From Candidatus Saccharimonadota bacterium (GTDB lineage: Bacteria; Patescibacteriota; Saccharimonadia; Saccharimonadales; UBA4665): a stretch of DNA of 32,000 nt. Every line of letters begins with the position of its first letter. Position 1 is the first letter of the stretch. The translations under genes and the position numbers were made by a program. The stretch spans positions 540,001 to 572,000 of the forward strand of contig CP025011.1 in the NCBI GenBank assembly GCA_002952755.1, in the 5' to 3' direction. Positions 9,126 to 17,380 of this stretch are shown here, piece by piece. The notes beneath the pieces are model-generated. The model did not search any database and was not told the origin of the DNA. It saw only the letters and a program-made list of their open reading frames with translations.

Positions 9126-11165
9126 TTAAGCGTTAGCTGCTGTAGGCAGTTGACCCAGTCGACGCAAGAAAGCTTGCTTGTCATCTGCGGGGCGACCTAT
9201 AAAATCCTGTACAGTTTCCGCTGGGGGCTTTGATCCACCAGGGGCAAGAACTTTTTCCCGGAAAGCCATCCCTGTTTCTACGATGCCGTTCGTTTGCCTA
9301 TAGTCTCGTATATTGTCGCCTATTACTTGTCCCCAGGTATATGCGCTGTAGAGTCCATCGTAGCCGTTGCCAAAGAGGTGCTGAAGCGACATTGCCCAGG
9401 ACACGCCGTCGACATAAGGGGTGCCTGAAAATTTTGTCGCTTCTTTTTCTGCCTTTTTAATGTAGTTTGTGTCCTTTAGTCTAGTTCTGCCATGTATTGC
9501 AAAATCGAATCTGCCAAGCTGGAGATTGCGGATTGTTTTGAGTCCGAAGGTAATGTCCCGTGCGGCAATAAGCTTGTCGACTATATCCTGAGGAATCTGT
9601 TCGCCGGTCTGCCAATGCTTCCCAATTTGCGGTAGTACCTCTTGCAAGAGGGGAAGGATTTCCATCAGTTGCGAGGGAGCTTCTCCGAAGTCTTTTGGAA
9701 CCTGTGAACCTGTTAAGATGGCGGCCTCGGGGCCGTGCCCTAGAGTTATATGCATGACATGCCCGAATTCGTGGAACATAGTTACTACTTGGTCGGGCAG
9801 TAAGAGACAGGGTTGGCCTTCAGGTGGCTTTTGGATGTTTGTGACATATACGGATGTGGCCTGTTGGCGTTCGCCCGATGGCAGTAAGCTTGGCAGCTGC
9901 AGGGTGTAGGTAACGCCGGTGGCACCAGTTCCTGTCTTATCAGGTCGGGGAAATAGATCCATATAGAAGGTGCCAAGCGGCCTACCTGTGGCATTATCGC
10001 GTATACCAAAGTACCTCACATCTTCGTGCCATGTGTTCGTAGCTTCCAGCTCCGTAATCTCTACTCCGTACATATTGGCAGTAATACCGAACATTCCTTC
10101 CAGGACATTTTCAAGCGAGAAGTAATTTGCTATTTCTGCTGTGTTAATGCCGTAGACCTCTTGGCGGATTCTCTCGGCATAATAGTCGGTATCCCAGGCT
10201 TGTATTGGTCCCTCGAAGCCATCTGCTGTGAGTAATTCTTGCATAGGGGCAATCTCGTCGGCAACCCTTTGGAGTAGGGGCCCCTCAATGGAATCATAGA
10301 ATGCCTCGACGGCCTCATAACTACCCGCCATACTACCTTTGAGCCGGAGATCAGCCCATGATTGATAACCTAGTAGGTTGGCGACCTGGTGGCGGTCGGC
10401 CACGATCTGGTCCACAAGGGGTCTATTGGTCTCCATCCCGACCATGTTTTTAGCCCGCCAGACTTGCTCGCGTGTATTACGGTCGTGTACTTGCTTCATG
10501 ACTTGGACATAGTTGGCGGTGGTGACAGTATAGTTTCCCTCTGGAGTCTGCAAACGCGTAAGATCCGACTCGGGCAGTCCCTGGAGTTGTTCCTTAGTAA
10601 GCGTAAGCGGAGCTTTATTTTTCTGCACGTTGCCGTTGAAAGTGGTGCAATTGGCAGTTATGCCTTCCATCAACCTTTGAACTTCCGCCCTATCTGCTTC
10701 GCCCAGTCTTTGGCCATTGCGCTCGAATTCGGCCATAATTTTCTCGATTAGGATACTACGTTCTGAATCTAAAGGTTCAGGGCTTTTATTCTCGTTCTGG
10801 ACCTGCAGGTACGCGGCAATTGGTTTGTACATGTCCTTGTCAGCGAATAGAGCTCCAAAATGTCTTTGAACCTTACCATAGGCCTGCCCACTGGCATCCC
10901 GAACGCTCTCGTCGGGGTGGACGCTGCCCCAGAGTAGTTGGTCACGAGCGTATTCACCCTCATATCCTCCAGCATCCATGGCCTGACTAATACCAAGGAA
11001 AACATCTTTATAGGTGGGGTCTACAGTTGCGGCCATTACCACTCCCGCCAGCTGTCTAACGCTTCCTAGCTGGGCTTCAGTAGAGTCGGCTACTGTGTTG
11101 GCCGTGAGCTCATCAAATCGATATGGTGTGGGCTGAAAGTCTGCTTGTGGTCCCAGTGTTAGCAT
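9126..11165 (-). CDS. M3-family zinc metallopeptidase (oligopeptidase / Dcp / thimet-like)
   Basis: 679 aa with the HExxH zinc site in MFHEFGHVMH and a downstream FGEAPSQLME glutamate ligand region. The length is typical of M3A. Confidence 0.85.
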   Translation of the reverse strand: MLTLGPQADFQPTPYRFDELTANTVADSTEAQLGSVRQLAGVVMAATVDPTYKDVFLGISQAMDAGGYEGEYARDQLLWGSVHPDESVRDASGQAYGKVQRHFGALFADKDMYKPIAAYLQVQNENKSPEPLDSERSILIEKIMAEFERNGQRLGEADRAEVQRLMEGITANCTTFNGNVQKNKAPLTLTKEQLQGLPESDLTRLQTPEGNYTVTTANYVQVMKQVHDRNTREQVWRAKNMVGMETNRPLVDQIVADRHQVANLLGYQSWADLRLKGSMAGSYEAVEAFYDSIEGPLLQRVADEIAPMQELLTADGFEGPIQAWDTDYYAERIRQEVYGINTAEIANYFSLENVLEGMFGITANMYGVEITELEATNTWHEDVRYFGIRDNATGRPLGTFYMDLFPRPDKTGTGATGVTYTLQLPSLLPSGERQQATSVYVTNIQKPPEGQPCLLLPDQVVTMFHEFGHVMHITLGHGPEAAILTGSQVPKDFGEAPSQLMEILPLLQEVLPQIGKHWQTGEQIPQDIVDKLIAARDITFGLKTIRNLQLGRFDFAIHGRTRLKDTNYIKKAEKEATKFSGTPYVDGVSWAMSLQHLFGNGYDGLYSAYTWGQVIGDNIRDYRQTNGIVETGMAFREKVLAPGGSKPPAETVQDFIGRPADDKQAFLRRLGQLPTAANA

Positions 11166-11385
11166 TCTAGCGTAACTCCTGTAATAAGTAACGCATTACT
11201 ATAGCACGTCTGCATGGGTGCAACAATTAAAAAGTGATTGGCTATGTGTGAGCACTCTGGTAAGTACTGTTGCGGTAGGCGTTTGCGTCTTCTGGAGCAA
11301 ACCGACGTGCTGGCTGAGGACAAGGAATACTTTAGGATCTCAAAGTCGCTATCTGCTTTCCGTATTTTTTGATAGCCCAAGGGGG

Positions 11386-12456
11386 CTATTTTGAAGTGGC
11401 ACTGTCTTTAGGCGGCGTTTGGTCTTTTTCCGCCTTTGCTTTCGGCTTTTGCCGTAAACGGACAATTTTACCCGATCGAAGCGCGAAAGCCAAAAGTGCT
11501 CCCAGGATGATTACCGCTAAACCGATGGTTATCCATAGCGCAGTGTGCTTTTTCGCACCGGCAGAGGTGCTGACTATAGCTGCCGTTTTTGATTGCACTA
11601 CTTTAAAAGATAATACTTTTGTTGGCGTTGAGAAGCTGCCGGTGCTATCTGCCTGACTTGCTTCCACGTAGTGGTCTCCAGGACTCAGCCCGCTGATAGT
11701 ATAGTTCCACTTTCCGCTACTGTCGGTAGTAACGGTTACCGTTTTTGGCGTGGAATGTATGGTCAACTTAACAGTGCTATTCGGGGCCCCGGTGCCAGAT
11801 AAGAGCAGCGATTGGGAAGAGCTGATCGTGACTGAACCGGTGGGAATAGATGTTTTTCCATCTATAGTAATCTGTTGTAAGGCGACGCCAGCGGGCGAGA
11901 GGGTAGTGGCCTGGGCCTGTGGGCTGTCTGAAGTGCTAGTAGACGGAGTCCCGGATCGGCTAGGGCCGCCAGAGCTTGACGGACTACTGCTTGGCGGCGG
12001 TGAGGGTGCGGCTGCTGGCGGTGCATCGGCGTCTATAAAGGCCAGCTCAAATGGTCCGCCGTCCAGACAACTCTCGCCCACGCCAAAGTTGCCTACAAGC
12101 ACTAAGTTTTGCTGAACGTTGCCAAAACTACCCTCCCATGTGTTGCCACTTGTGTTTGCTAAGGAGCCTATAGGAGAATAAGTGCTGCCGGCATGCGCTT
12201 CATATTGCGAACGAATCCATACCTGAAACGAGCTAGGATAGCCCAAGTTGTTAGTAAGTTTCATAGAGAGGTCATTGCTCTGAGGCATGTGTGTCGTGTC
12301 TGAGCCGGCATTGCCGTTTACGAGTATTGGGCAGGAATGCGACCCATTCCAGTCTAGCGTCACTGCATAATTGCTGGTATCTGCGAAGAGTGGTTTCGCA
12401 GGCATACTCAAAATTATCAATAGCAGGACGCCAGTGATAGTGAGATATTTTCTCAT
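11386..12456 (-). CDS. Secreted, C-terminally membrane-anchored surface protein with Ig-like domain
   Basis: Signal peptide MRKYLTITGVLLLIILSMPAKPLFA. An N-terminal domain of about 115 aa is followed by a Pro/Ser/Ala-rich linker (PPAAAPSPPPSSSPSSSGGPSRSGTPSTSTS, nt about 11917-12027). Next comes a bacterial Ig-like segment (TVTISSSQSLLLSGTGAPNSTVKLTIHSTPKTVTVTTDSSGKWNYTISGLSPGDHYVEA). The C terminus has a TM segment (ALWITIGLAVIILGALLAFAL) and a Lys-rich tail. Confidence 0.7.
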   Translation of the reverse strand: MRKYLTITGVLLLIILSMPAKPLFADTSNYAVTLDWNGSHSCPILVNGNAGSDTTHMPQSNDLSMKLTNNLGYPSSFQVWIRSQYEAHAGSTYSPIGSLANTSGNTWEGSFGNVQQNLVLVGNFGVGESCLDGGPFELAFIDADAPPAAAPSPPPSSSPSSSGGPSRSGTPSTSTSDSPQAQATTLSPAGVALQQITIDGKTSIPTGSVTISSSQSLLLSGTGAPNSTVKLTIHSTPKTVTVTTDSSGKWNYTISGLSPGDHYVEASQADSTGSFSTPTKVLSFKVVQSKTAAIVSTSAGAKKHTALWITIGLAVIILGALLAFALRSGKIVRLRQKPKAKAEKDQTPPKDSATSK

Positions 12457-12674
12457 GTTTTTATTCTTTTTGCTTTCAAACTTATTGTATCACCGCACAT
12501 TACTGGCAACAAGCGACTGAGGTGTCCTGGATGCTAGCCAGCTTCAGCTCTTTGGATATCCGCGTCGTATCATCGTCCACAAACCAAGCATGACGGCGTC
12601 CAAAGGCGAGGGCGGCTCGTGCGTATCTGAATTACATAGGTCATACTTATTGGCGCGCGGCTAATCTATGCAGG

Positions 12675-12935
12675 CTATAGGCTTTCTTCCAGGTGGATAG
12701 TTATGGTATCGCCTGGTTGCTTGTTCATTGTCTTGAGTAATTTTTTACTCACTGGCAAGAATTGCGTGCCATCACCCCATGGCATAAAGGCGGTTTGGAA
12801 GGAGACGCCATCCATCGTGCCTTTTACTTTAACCGAACGGGTAGAGCCAAAAAAGGCTACCGACTCCGGCCAGGTAATGCATGTCCAGCCATTAAGATTT
12901 TGAATAGGTACCTTGATAGTTTTATTAATCATCAT
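12675..12935 (-). CDS. DUF1905-domain protein
   Basis: 86 aa. The pattern GWTCITWPESVAFFGSTRSVKVKGTMDGVSFQTAFMPWGDGTQFLPVSKKLLK...GDTITIHLE matches the DUF1905 (YdeI N-terminal-like) beta-barrel family. Confidence 0.7.
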   Translation of the reverse strand: MMINKTIKVPIQNLNGWTCITWPESVAFFGSTRSVKVKGTMDGVSFQTAFMPWGDGTQFLPVSKKLLKTMNKQPGDTITIHLEESL

Positions 12936-13337
12936 ATGTAATCTCCTTACCTTGTTCGTCTGCCTCTAAAATAGAGGCAATTGATTCGAGCTGCTGCGAA
13001 AGTTGAATGAGCTGGCCATCGTCCAGTTTCGTTGCCATATGTGCTGTCTACTTTGCGTTATGGACATAGATGGCGGCGAGTACTTTTGTCCCTTCAGGCG
13101 TAAGTGTAAGCGGCTGTGCGCGTTTGTGTGCTGGATTGGGGCGGTATGCCACCAAGCCGTTATCCACTCGGGTATCGGCAATTCACTGCACGCTCTGGCG
13201 CGAATGCCTCATGCTCTTAGCGATTGGGATACGGTCTGCGGCTCTCTGTCGATTCTCCCCAGCACTTGTCAGCGGGCGCTACCTTGTCCCGGGCTTTTTG
13301 TTAGCTTGTCGCCATTGCGAAGTAACAGGCCATTCAT
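12925..13337 (-). pseudogene. Decayed MarR-family regulator gene (3 premature stops and at least 1 frameshift)
   Basis: My minus-strand translation from ATG 13337 gives MNGLLLRNGDKLTKSPGQGSAR*QVLGRIDREPQTVSQSLRA*. After a frame change near 13210 it continues MRHSRQSVQ*IADTRVDNGLVAYRPNPAHKRAQPLTLTPEGTKVLAAIYVHNAK*TAHMATKLDDGQLIQLSQQLESIASILE. This follows the MarR wHTH-wing-dimerisation layout but is interrupted by TGA (13269-13271), TGA (13183-13185), TAG (13048-13050) and a frameshift. The last frame ends at 12925, overlapping the DUF1905 start. Confidence 0.5.
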
Positions 13338-13413
13338 GCGAAAAATAGTTATCGCAAGTCTGTTGAGTGATGTTGCAAATGCTGGTTAGAAACCATAGGT
13401 TGAAGGTACTATA

Positions 13414-13431
13414 TTGACAGTACACTGTCAA
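13414..13431. promoter_or_regulatory. Inverted repeat TTGACAGT-AC-ACTGTCAA (candidate operator/promoter element)
   Basis: Perfect 8-bp arms with a 2-nt centre. It lies in the divergent region between the MarR pseudogene (start 13337) and the TetR gene and contains a TTGACA hexamer. Confidence 0.3.
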
Positions 13432-13521
13432 ATCTATTGTAATACCCCCTGTCTATACTGCTGCGACCTCCAACCTAGAACGCGATCTTCTTACCCAAGC
13501 AACAAATTGCATTGACTTTTA

Positions 13522-13533
13522 ATACGTACGTAT
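13522..13533. promoter_or_regulatory. 12-bp perfect palindrome ATACGTACGTAT inside a putative TetR promoter (candidate TetR operator)
   Basis: The palindrome sits in the 17-nt spacer between TTGACT (13512-13517) and TATTGT (13535-13540). ATG 13547 follows the -10 element by 6 nt and has no SD. Confidence 0.45.
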
Positions 13534-13546
13534 GTATTGTTTAGTC

Positions 13547-14128
13547 ATGCCAAGGAATTCAAATCGCTCTGCAATTTTAGATGCGGGCCGGTCGGTTATG
13601 TTTCGTTCGGGGTACAACGGCGCCAGCGTACGAACTATCAGTGCGGCTGCCGGTGTGCCACTTGGTTCATTTACGAACCATTTTCGTTCGAAAGAGGCAT
13701 TTGCAGCCGAAGTGCTGGACGCCTATTTCGTTGATCTTACTGGTGTCGTCAATGCAACACTGCGCAACACAACTCTACCTCCACTAGACCGCCTGCAGCA
13801 ATATTTCCAGGTGATCAGCGAAAGGCTTGCCGCCGATGAGTGGGAACGGGGCTGTCTTATTGGCGACCTGAGCGCTGAAGCAACTACACAAAGCGACCTG
13901 CTACGCCAACAGCTTAAGACGATTTTTGAGACCTGGCGCGCTCCGTTTGCGGAATGCATTGCTGAAGCGCAATCCGAGGGTAGCTTACGGAACTCGGAGG
14001 ACCCCACAGAGCTTGCCGAATTTATACTCGCTGCTTGGGAAGGAGCAATCCTTCGGATGAAAACTGAGCGGAGCGCAGCAGCGCTTAAGAGGTTTCAACA
14101 AATAATATTTCGCACTCTACTGCGATAA
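13547..14128 (+). CDS. TetR/AcrR-family transcriptional regulator
   Basis: ORF 13532..14128 trimmed to ATG 13547 (MPRNSNRSAILDAG...). TetR HTH: GYNGASVRTISAAAGVPLGSFTNHFRSKEAF, followed by a helical C-terminal ligand domain. Confidence 0.85.
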   Translation: MPRNSNRSAILDAGRSVMFRSGYNGASVRTISAAAGVPLGSFTNHFRSKEAFAAEVLDAYFVDLTGVVNATLRNTTLPPLDRLQQYFQVISERLAADEWERGCLIGDLSAEATTQSDLLRQQLKTIFETWRAPFAECIAEAQSEGSLRNSEDPTELAEFILAAWEGAILRMKTERSAAALKRFQQIIFRTLLR

Positions 14129-14137
14129 GGAGGAGAT

Positions 14138-14362
14138 ATGTCAGAGATAACAATCACTTATTGTGTTCCATGCGGATACTTGAAGCGAGCAACGCAAGCT
14201 GCCGAGATGCTCAAACAACAACTCGGAATCGAGGCGACCTTGATCCCCGGTGCGGGAGGCGTATTTAAAGTTATGAGCGGTAGTGAAGTTATTACTCAGC
14301 GAACTCGTGAGCATTTTCCAGACACAGAAGAAATTGTGGCCCTTGTACAGAATCGCAGTTGA
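14138..14362 (+). CDS. Rdx-family (SelW/SelT/SelH-like) thioredoxin-fold protein, Cys form
   Basis: 74 aa. ITITYCVPCGYLKRA carries a CxxC redox motif after the first strand, followed by LIPGAGGVFKV, typical of bacterial Rdx proteins. A strong SD (TAAGGAGGAGATATG) lies 9 nt after the TetR stop, so the two are probably co-transcribed. Confidence 0.7.
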   Translation: MSEITITYCVPCGYLKRATQAAEMLKQQLGIEATLIPGAGGVFKVMSGSEVITQRTREHFPDTEEIVALVQNRS

Positions 14363-14433
14363 CCAGCAGTATACTGCTTACGGAGTTGGTCTATCCGAGG
14401 TGATGCATAGGATTAGCTCCGTGGCCGCTACTT

Positions 14434-14874
14434 TTATCTCTTAGGGGCCGGTTGGTCGCGGCCGATGACCACTATAAACTGCGCGTCGGGATACGTTTTA
14501 TCTAGCGCAGTGCTCTCAGCCCGGACTGGGCCAAATAGAGACTCCAGCGCTTTGAGAGTGGCGGTCTTTTTGCCCTGGGAATTATCGAAAATCATCGTAC
14601 TCGATTGCCAGCCCGACGAGTTTACAGTTTTCGCAACTTTCATACCATTGGCTTCAATGGCTGTTTTCCATTGAGCGCCTATGTGCCAGACGCCTTCGCT
14701 CGACATCAGCACAATAGTAGCCTTTTCATCATGGGCTGCACCTGAGACTGTTCGCGGGAGTTGGGTACCCCCAGAATTGCGACTATGCTGGTGATAAGCC
14801 AGGGAAGGTCCTGCAATTCCAAGGACAAGCAATACTACGCTTACCATGACCGAACGATTGCTATGCCACTTCAT
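14434..14874 (-). CDS. Membrane-anchored protein, possible LytR_C-like extracytoplasmic domain
   Basis: ORF 14434..15072 trimmed to ATG 14874 (MKWHSNRSVMVSVVLLVLGIAGPSLAY = N-terminal TM). The following ATIVLMSSEG...AIEANGMKVAKTVNSSGWQSSTMIFDNSQGKKTATLKALESLFG loosely resembles LytR_C domains. The family call is weak. Confidence 0.5.
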   Translation of the reverse strand: MKWHSNRSVMVSVVLLVLGIAGPSLAYHQHSRNSGGTQLPRTVSGAAHDEKATIVLMSSEGVWHIGAQWKTAIEANGMKVAKTVNSSGWQSSTMIFDNSQGKKTATLKALESLFGPVRAESTALDKTYPDAQFIVVIGRDQPAPKR

Positions 14875-14917
14875 ATTTCTAGTGCAAATCCATAAGTTGC
14901 CGGCGCATCTTGAGAAT

Positions 14918-15220
14918 TTACCAATTACCCGTACGCAGCTCGACTTGATCGCCGAAGGTGAGATTGCCCAGAGACTGTGGCAACTCACTACACAGGTATA
15001 GCTCTGGGTGATCTTCTCCGGGCCGGATAGATACGTGGTTGCTTTTAAAGAGCTCCCCCTGATGTAGCGCATACAGCACGTTCGCTACAGATACAGAGGG
15101 ATCGGTTTGGATACTTACGTAGGGCCATTTTTCACCTTCCTCAAGTTCGGGGGTGACCGTTGCCTCTATGCCTCTATTATGTAAGGCCTTAATGATCTTT
15201 TCGCGCCCTTTTTCGTTCAT
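14918..15220 (-). CDS. Hypothetical small protein (100 aa)
   Basis: ORF 14918..15292 trimmed to ATG 15220, which has AGGAG 8 nt upstream on the coding strand. No recognisable motif. Confidence 0.45.
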   Translation of the reverse strand: MNEKGREKIIKALHNRGIEATVTPELEEGEKWPYVSIQTDPSVSVANVLYALHQGELFKSNHVSIRPGEDHPELYLCSELPQSLGNLTFGDQVELRTGNW

Positions 15221-15317
15221 CGGTGTACTCCTAATATTGTAAGCATACTGGCGCAGAATTGATACTGGGTCAATAATCTTATTATATAGCAACGCATGAG
15301 ATGAGGGCGCAATTAGC

Positions 15318-16091
15318 TCAGTTGCTGGCCGCGATCGTCTTTTTCTTGTATTGCCGGATGGCTAGGACATACATGATGACGAGAATACCGACACACCAGG
15401 CTATCGCCAGCCACGCTTTATCGCCAGCTGTGCCGTTGGTTAATAGTGAGCGCATGGTCTCGATAATTGGCGTAAATGGCTGATTCCTGGCGAAGCTCCG
15501 TAGCACGGGCGTCATAGATGAAGTGGGGACAAACGAGGGACTAAGAAAGATAAGGAGCATGAGGATGTAACTAAACGACCCGGCACCCTCAGCAGATTTT
15601 GCCTGCAGTCCAAAGTACATTGCCATCCATGTCGTTGCTAGCGTAAACAGAGTGAGCAGCCCTGCGAACAACAGCCACTCTGCCAGACCGGCACTTGTCC
15701 GAAAGCCCGCTGCGAATGCGGCGGCTAAGACTAGTACCGAGGAAAACAAGTTAGACAAAGTTGACGACATCGCTTGCCCGCCCAAGATAGAAGAAGGGGC
15801 AACGGGCATTGTCCGAAAGCGGTTGATAATACCTTTCTGGAGGTCGGCATTAAGCCGGAACGCCGCATAGGCAATGCCGCTAATTACGGTCAGGATAATG
15901 ATCCCAGGTGTAATGAAGTCGATATATTTTACCGAACCAGTTTGCTGTCCGAGCGCGCCGCCCAGCACGTAGACAAACATCAAAAGTAGTGCGATTGGTG
16001 TCAGTACTACCGTGATAATCGTGTCGGGGCTGCGAACGATATGACGCAGGCTTCGCTTAGTCATGGTCCAAGTATCTGTGAGTATCCGCAT
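15318..16091 (-). CDS. ABC-2 type transporter permease (DrrB-like)
   Basis: 257 aa with about 6 hydrophobic spans. It starts 2 nt after the upstream ATPase stop. This is the typical DrrA/DrrB-type exporter pairing. Confidence 0.85.
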   Translation of the reverse strand: MRILTDTWTMTKRSLRHIVRSPDTIITVVLTPIALLLMFVYVLGGALGQQTGSVKYIDFITPGIIILTVISGIAYAAFRLNADLQKGIINRFRTMPVAPSSILGGQAMSSTLSNLFSSVLVLAAAFAAGFRTSAGLAEWLLFAGLLTLFTLATTWMAMYFGLQAKSAEGAGSFSYILMLLIFLSPSFVPTSSMTPVLRSFARNQPFTPIIETMRSLLTNGTAGDKAWLAIAWCVGILVIMYVLAIRQYKKKTIAASN

Positions 16092-16093
16092 CG

Positions 16094-17023
16094 CTAATTT
16101 TCCTCTTTTTTACCTGTAAGTTTGAAAAATACGTCGTCGAGCGTGGGCGAATGTTGTGAGAAATCGGCTGGTTCGATGTGCGCATCGCGCAGTTTAATAA
16201 ATAATCCAGCGAGCTGAGCAGCGCTTTCGCCGGCAGTAACGGTTAGTTTGAGGTTTTCTCCCTCGGCAATCTTATAATCGTTTTTCAGTATATTCAGTGC
16301 TGCTTGGGTCTGCTTCTGGTCATGGAAGGTGAGTTCGACAAGACCGCCAGGTACGAGCTTTTTAAGCTCGCGGGCTGTGCCGCTGGCTACAATCTTGCCG
16401 GCATGGAGCAGGGCGATCGTACTGGCCAGCTCGTCGGCTTCGTCCAGATATTGTGTCGTTAAAAATACTGTCGTGCCGCTAGCGGCGAGGTCCCGGATAG
16501 TTTGCCACATATTGTTACGTGCTTCGGGGTCGAGTCCGGTGGTAGGCTCGTCCAAAAAGATAACCTCTGGGTTGCCAATCAGGCTCATAGCGATGTCTAG
16601 CCGGCGACGCATGCCACCAGAAAATGTCGTCACCCGTCGATCGGCTGCGTCGGCTAGCTGGAATTTTTCGAGCAACTCGTTCGCTGTTTGGGATGAGTCT
16701 TTTATATGCCGCAAATCGCCGATGAGCGCTAGATTCTCGCGGGCAGTGAGTGTGTCATCGACTGCTGCGAACTGCCCAGTCAGACTAATGGCAGAGCGCA
16801 CTTTCTCGGGCTGCTTGGCAACGTCATAACCGGCAACTTCTACGCTACCGCCGTCGGCCGCCAGTAGCGTGGCCATAACGTTGATGGTAGTCGTTTTGCC
16901 TGCGCCGTTACTGCCGAGCAGAGCAAAAATTTCGCCCTTATTGACGGTAAAGTCGACCCCTTTCAGTACCTGATTTGCTTTATACGATTTTTTCAGCCCT
17001 CTGACGATAATTGCCTGCTTCAT
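16094..17023 (-). CDS. ABC transporter ATP-binding protein (DrrA/daunorubicin-resistance-like)
   Basis: Walker A GSNGAGKTT, Q-loop LTGQ, signature FSGGMRRRL, Walker B VIFLDEPTTGLD and H-loop LTTQYLDE. SD AGGGGGG precedes ATG 17023. Confidence 0.9.
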   Translation of the reverse strand: MKQAIIVRGLKKSYKANQVLKGVDFTVNKGEIFALLGSNGAGKTTTINVMATLLAADGGSVEVAGYDVAKQPEKVRSAISLTGQFAAVDDTLTARENLALIGDLRHIKDSSQTANELLEKFQLADAADRRVTTFSGGMRRRLDIAMSLIGNPEVIFLDEPTTGLDPEARNNMWQTIRDLAASGTTVFLTTQYLDEADELASTIALLHAGKIVASGTARELKKLVPGGLVELTFHDQKQTQAALNILKNDYKIAEGENLKLTVTAGESAAQLAGLFIKLRDAHIEPADFSQHSPTLDDVFFKLTGKKEEN

Positions 17024-17035
17024 GTCCCCCCCTGT

Positions 17036-17380
17036 TTATTTTTCCAGCTTCTTGGTAATAGCGCGGTTCAACTCTTCACGCAAGCTGTCCTCGTAAGTTT
17101 TTTTGTCGTGGACAAGACTGTCGACGAACGTAGCAACGTCATCCCCGGTAACTTCCAACACATGTTTGCCGGCGGCTATGCCTGCTTCAAATTTGTCTAC
17201 AATCTGCGTAAATAGATCGGTCGGGTCTATGGCTCCGACGCCACCATGCCATACGAAATTTTTGATCTCATTGTAGACGGTTCGGTACTCTTGGGGCAGG
17301 GAGTTGGCACGTGCTTCTATCGCCTTCCATTCTTTTTTGCCTTGCAAGTCGCCAATGATTTTGTTTAGTAAGCCGTTCAT
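17036..17380 (-). CDS. DUF1048-domain protein
   Basis: 114 aa. KKEWKAIEARANSLPQEYRTVYNEIKNF... matches the DUF1048 family, which is usually found next to PadR-like regulators. Its ATG overlaps the upstream regulator stop (ATGA). Confidence 0.75.
   Translation of the reverse strand: MNGLLNKIIGDLQGKKEWKAIEARANSLPQEYRTVYNEIKNFVWHGGVGAIDPTDLFTQIVDKFEAGIAAGKHVLEVTGDDVATFVDSLVHDKKTYEDSLREELNRAITKKLEK

Noticed and set aside
11372-11389. Hairpin ATAGCCC-AAGG-GGGCTAT as the intrinsic terminator of the minus-strand surface-protein gene.
   Set aside because: Read on the minus strand, the stem is followed by an A-run, not a U-run. The U-run is on the + strand, where no gene ends. The stem also overlaps the stop codon. 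I keep it only as a noted structure.
12925-13337. In-frame TGA codons in the MarR-like frame as evidence of a recoded genetic code (TGA = Trp/Gly). One TGA even sits where MarR proteins often have Trp (SAR*QVL).
   Set aside because: TGA is a functional stop for at least seven well-delimited genes in this window, including the ATGA overlaps at 17377-17380 and 29191-29194. The locus also contains an in-frame TAG and a frameshift. A pseudogene under code 11 is the simpler reading.
14365-14378. 14-bp perfect palindrome AGCAGTATACTGCT right after the Rdx stop as a terminator.
   Set aside because: It can form only a 5-bp stem with a 4-nt loop, and no U-tract follows. That is too weak to call as a terminator or operator.
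16329-16829. Antisense or shadow ORFs inside strong genes. Examples are 16329..16829, 7680..8297, 22550..23026, 865..1254, 1273..1701, 1774..2142, 3055..3490, 13003..13389 and 21838..22128.
   Set aside because: They lie fully opposite genes with unambiguous motifs and have Arg/Ser/Ala/Pro-rich, motif-free translations typical of reverse-frame artefacts. None has an SD.
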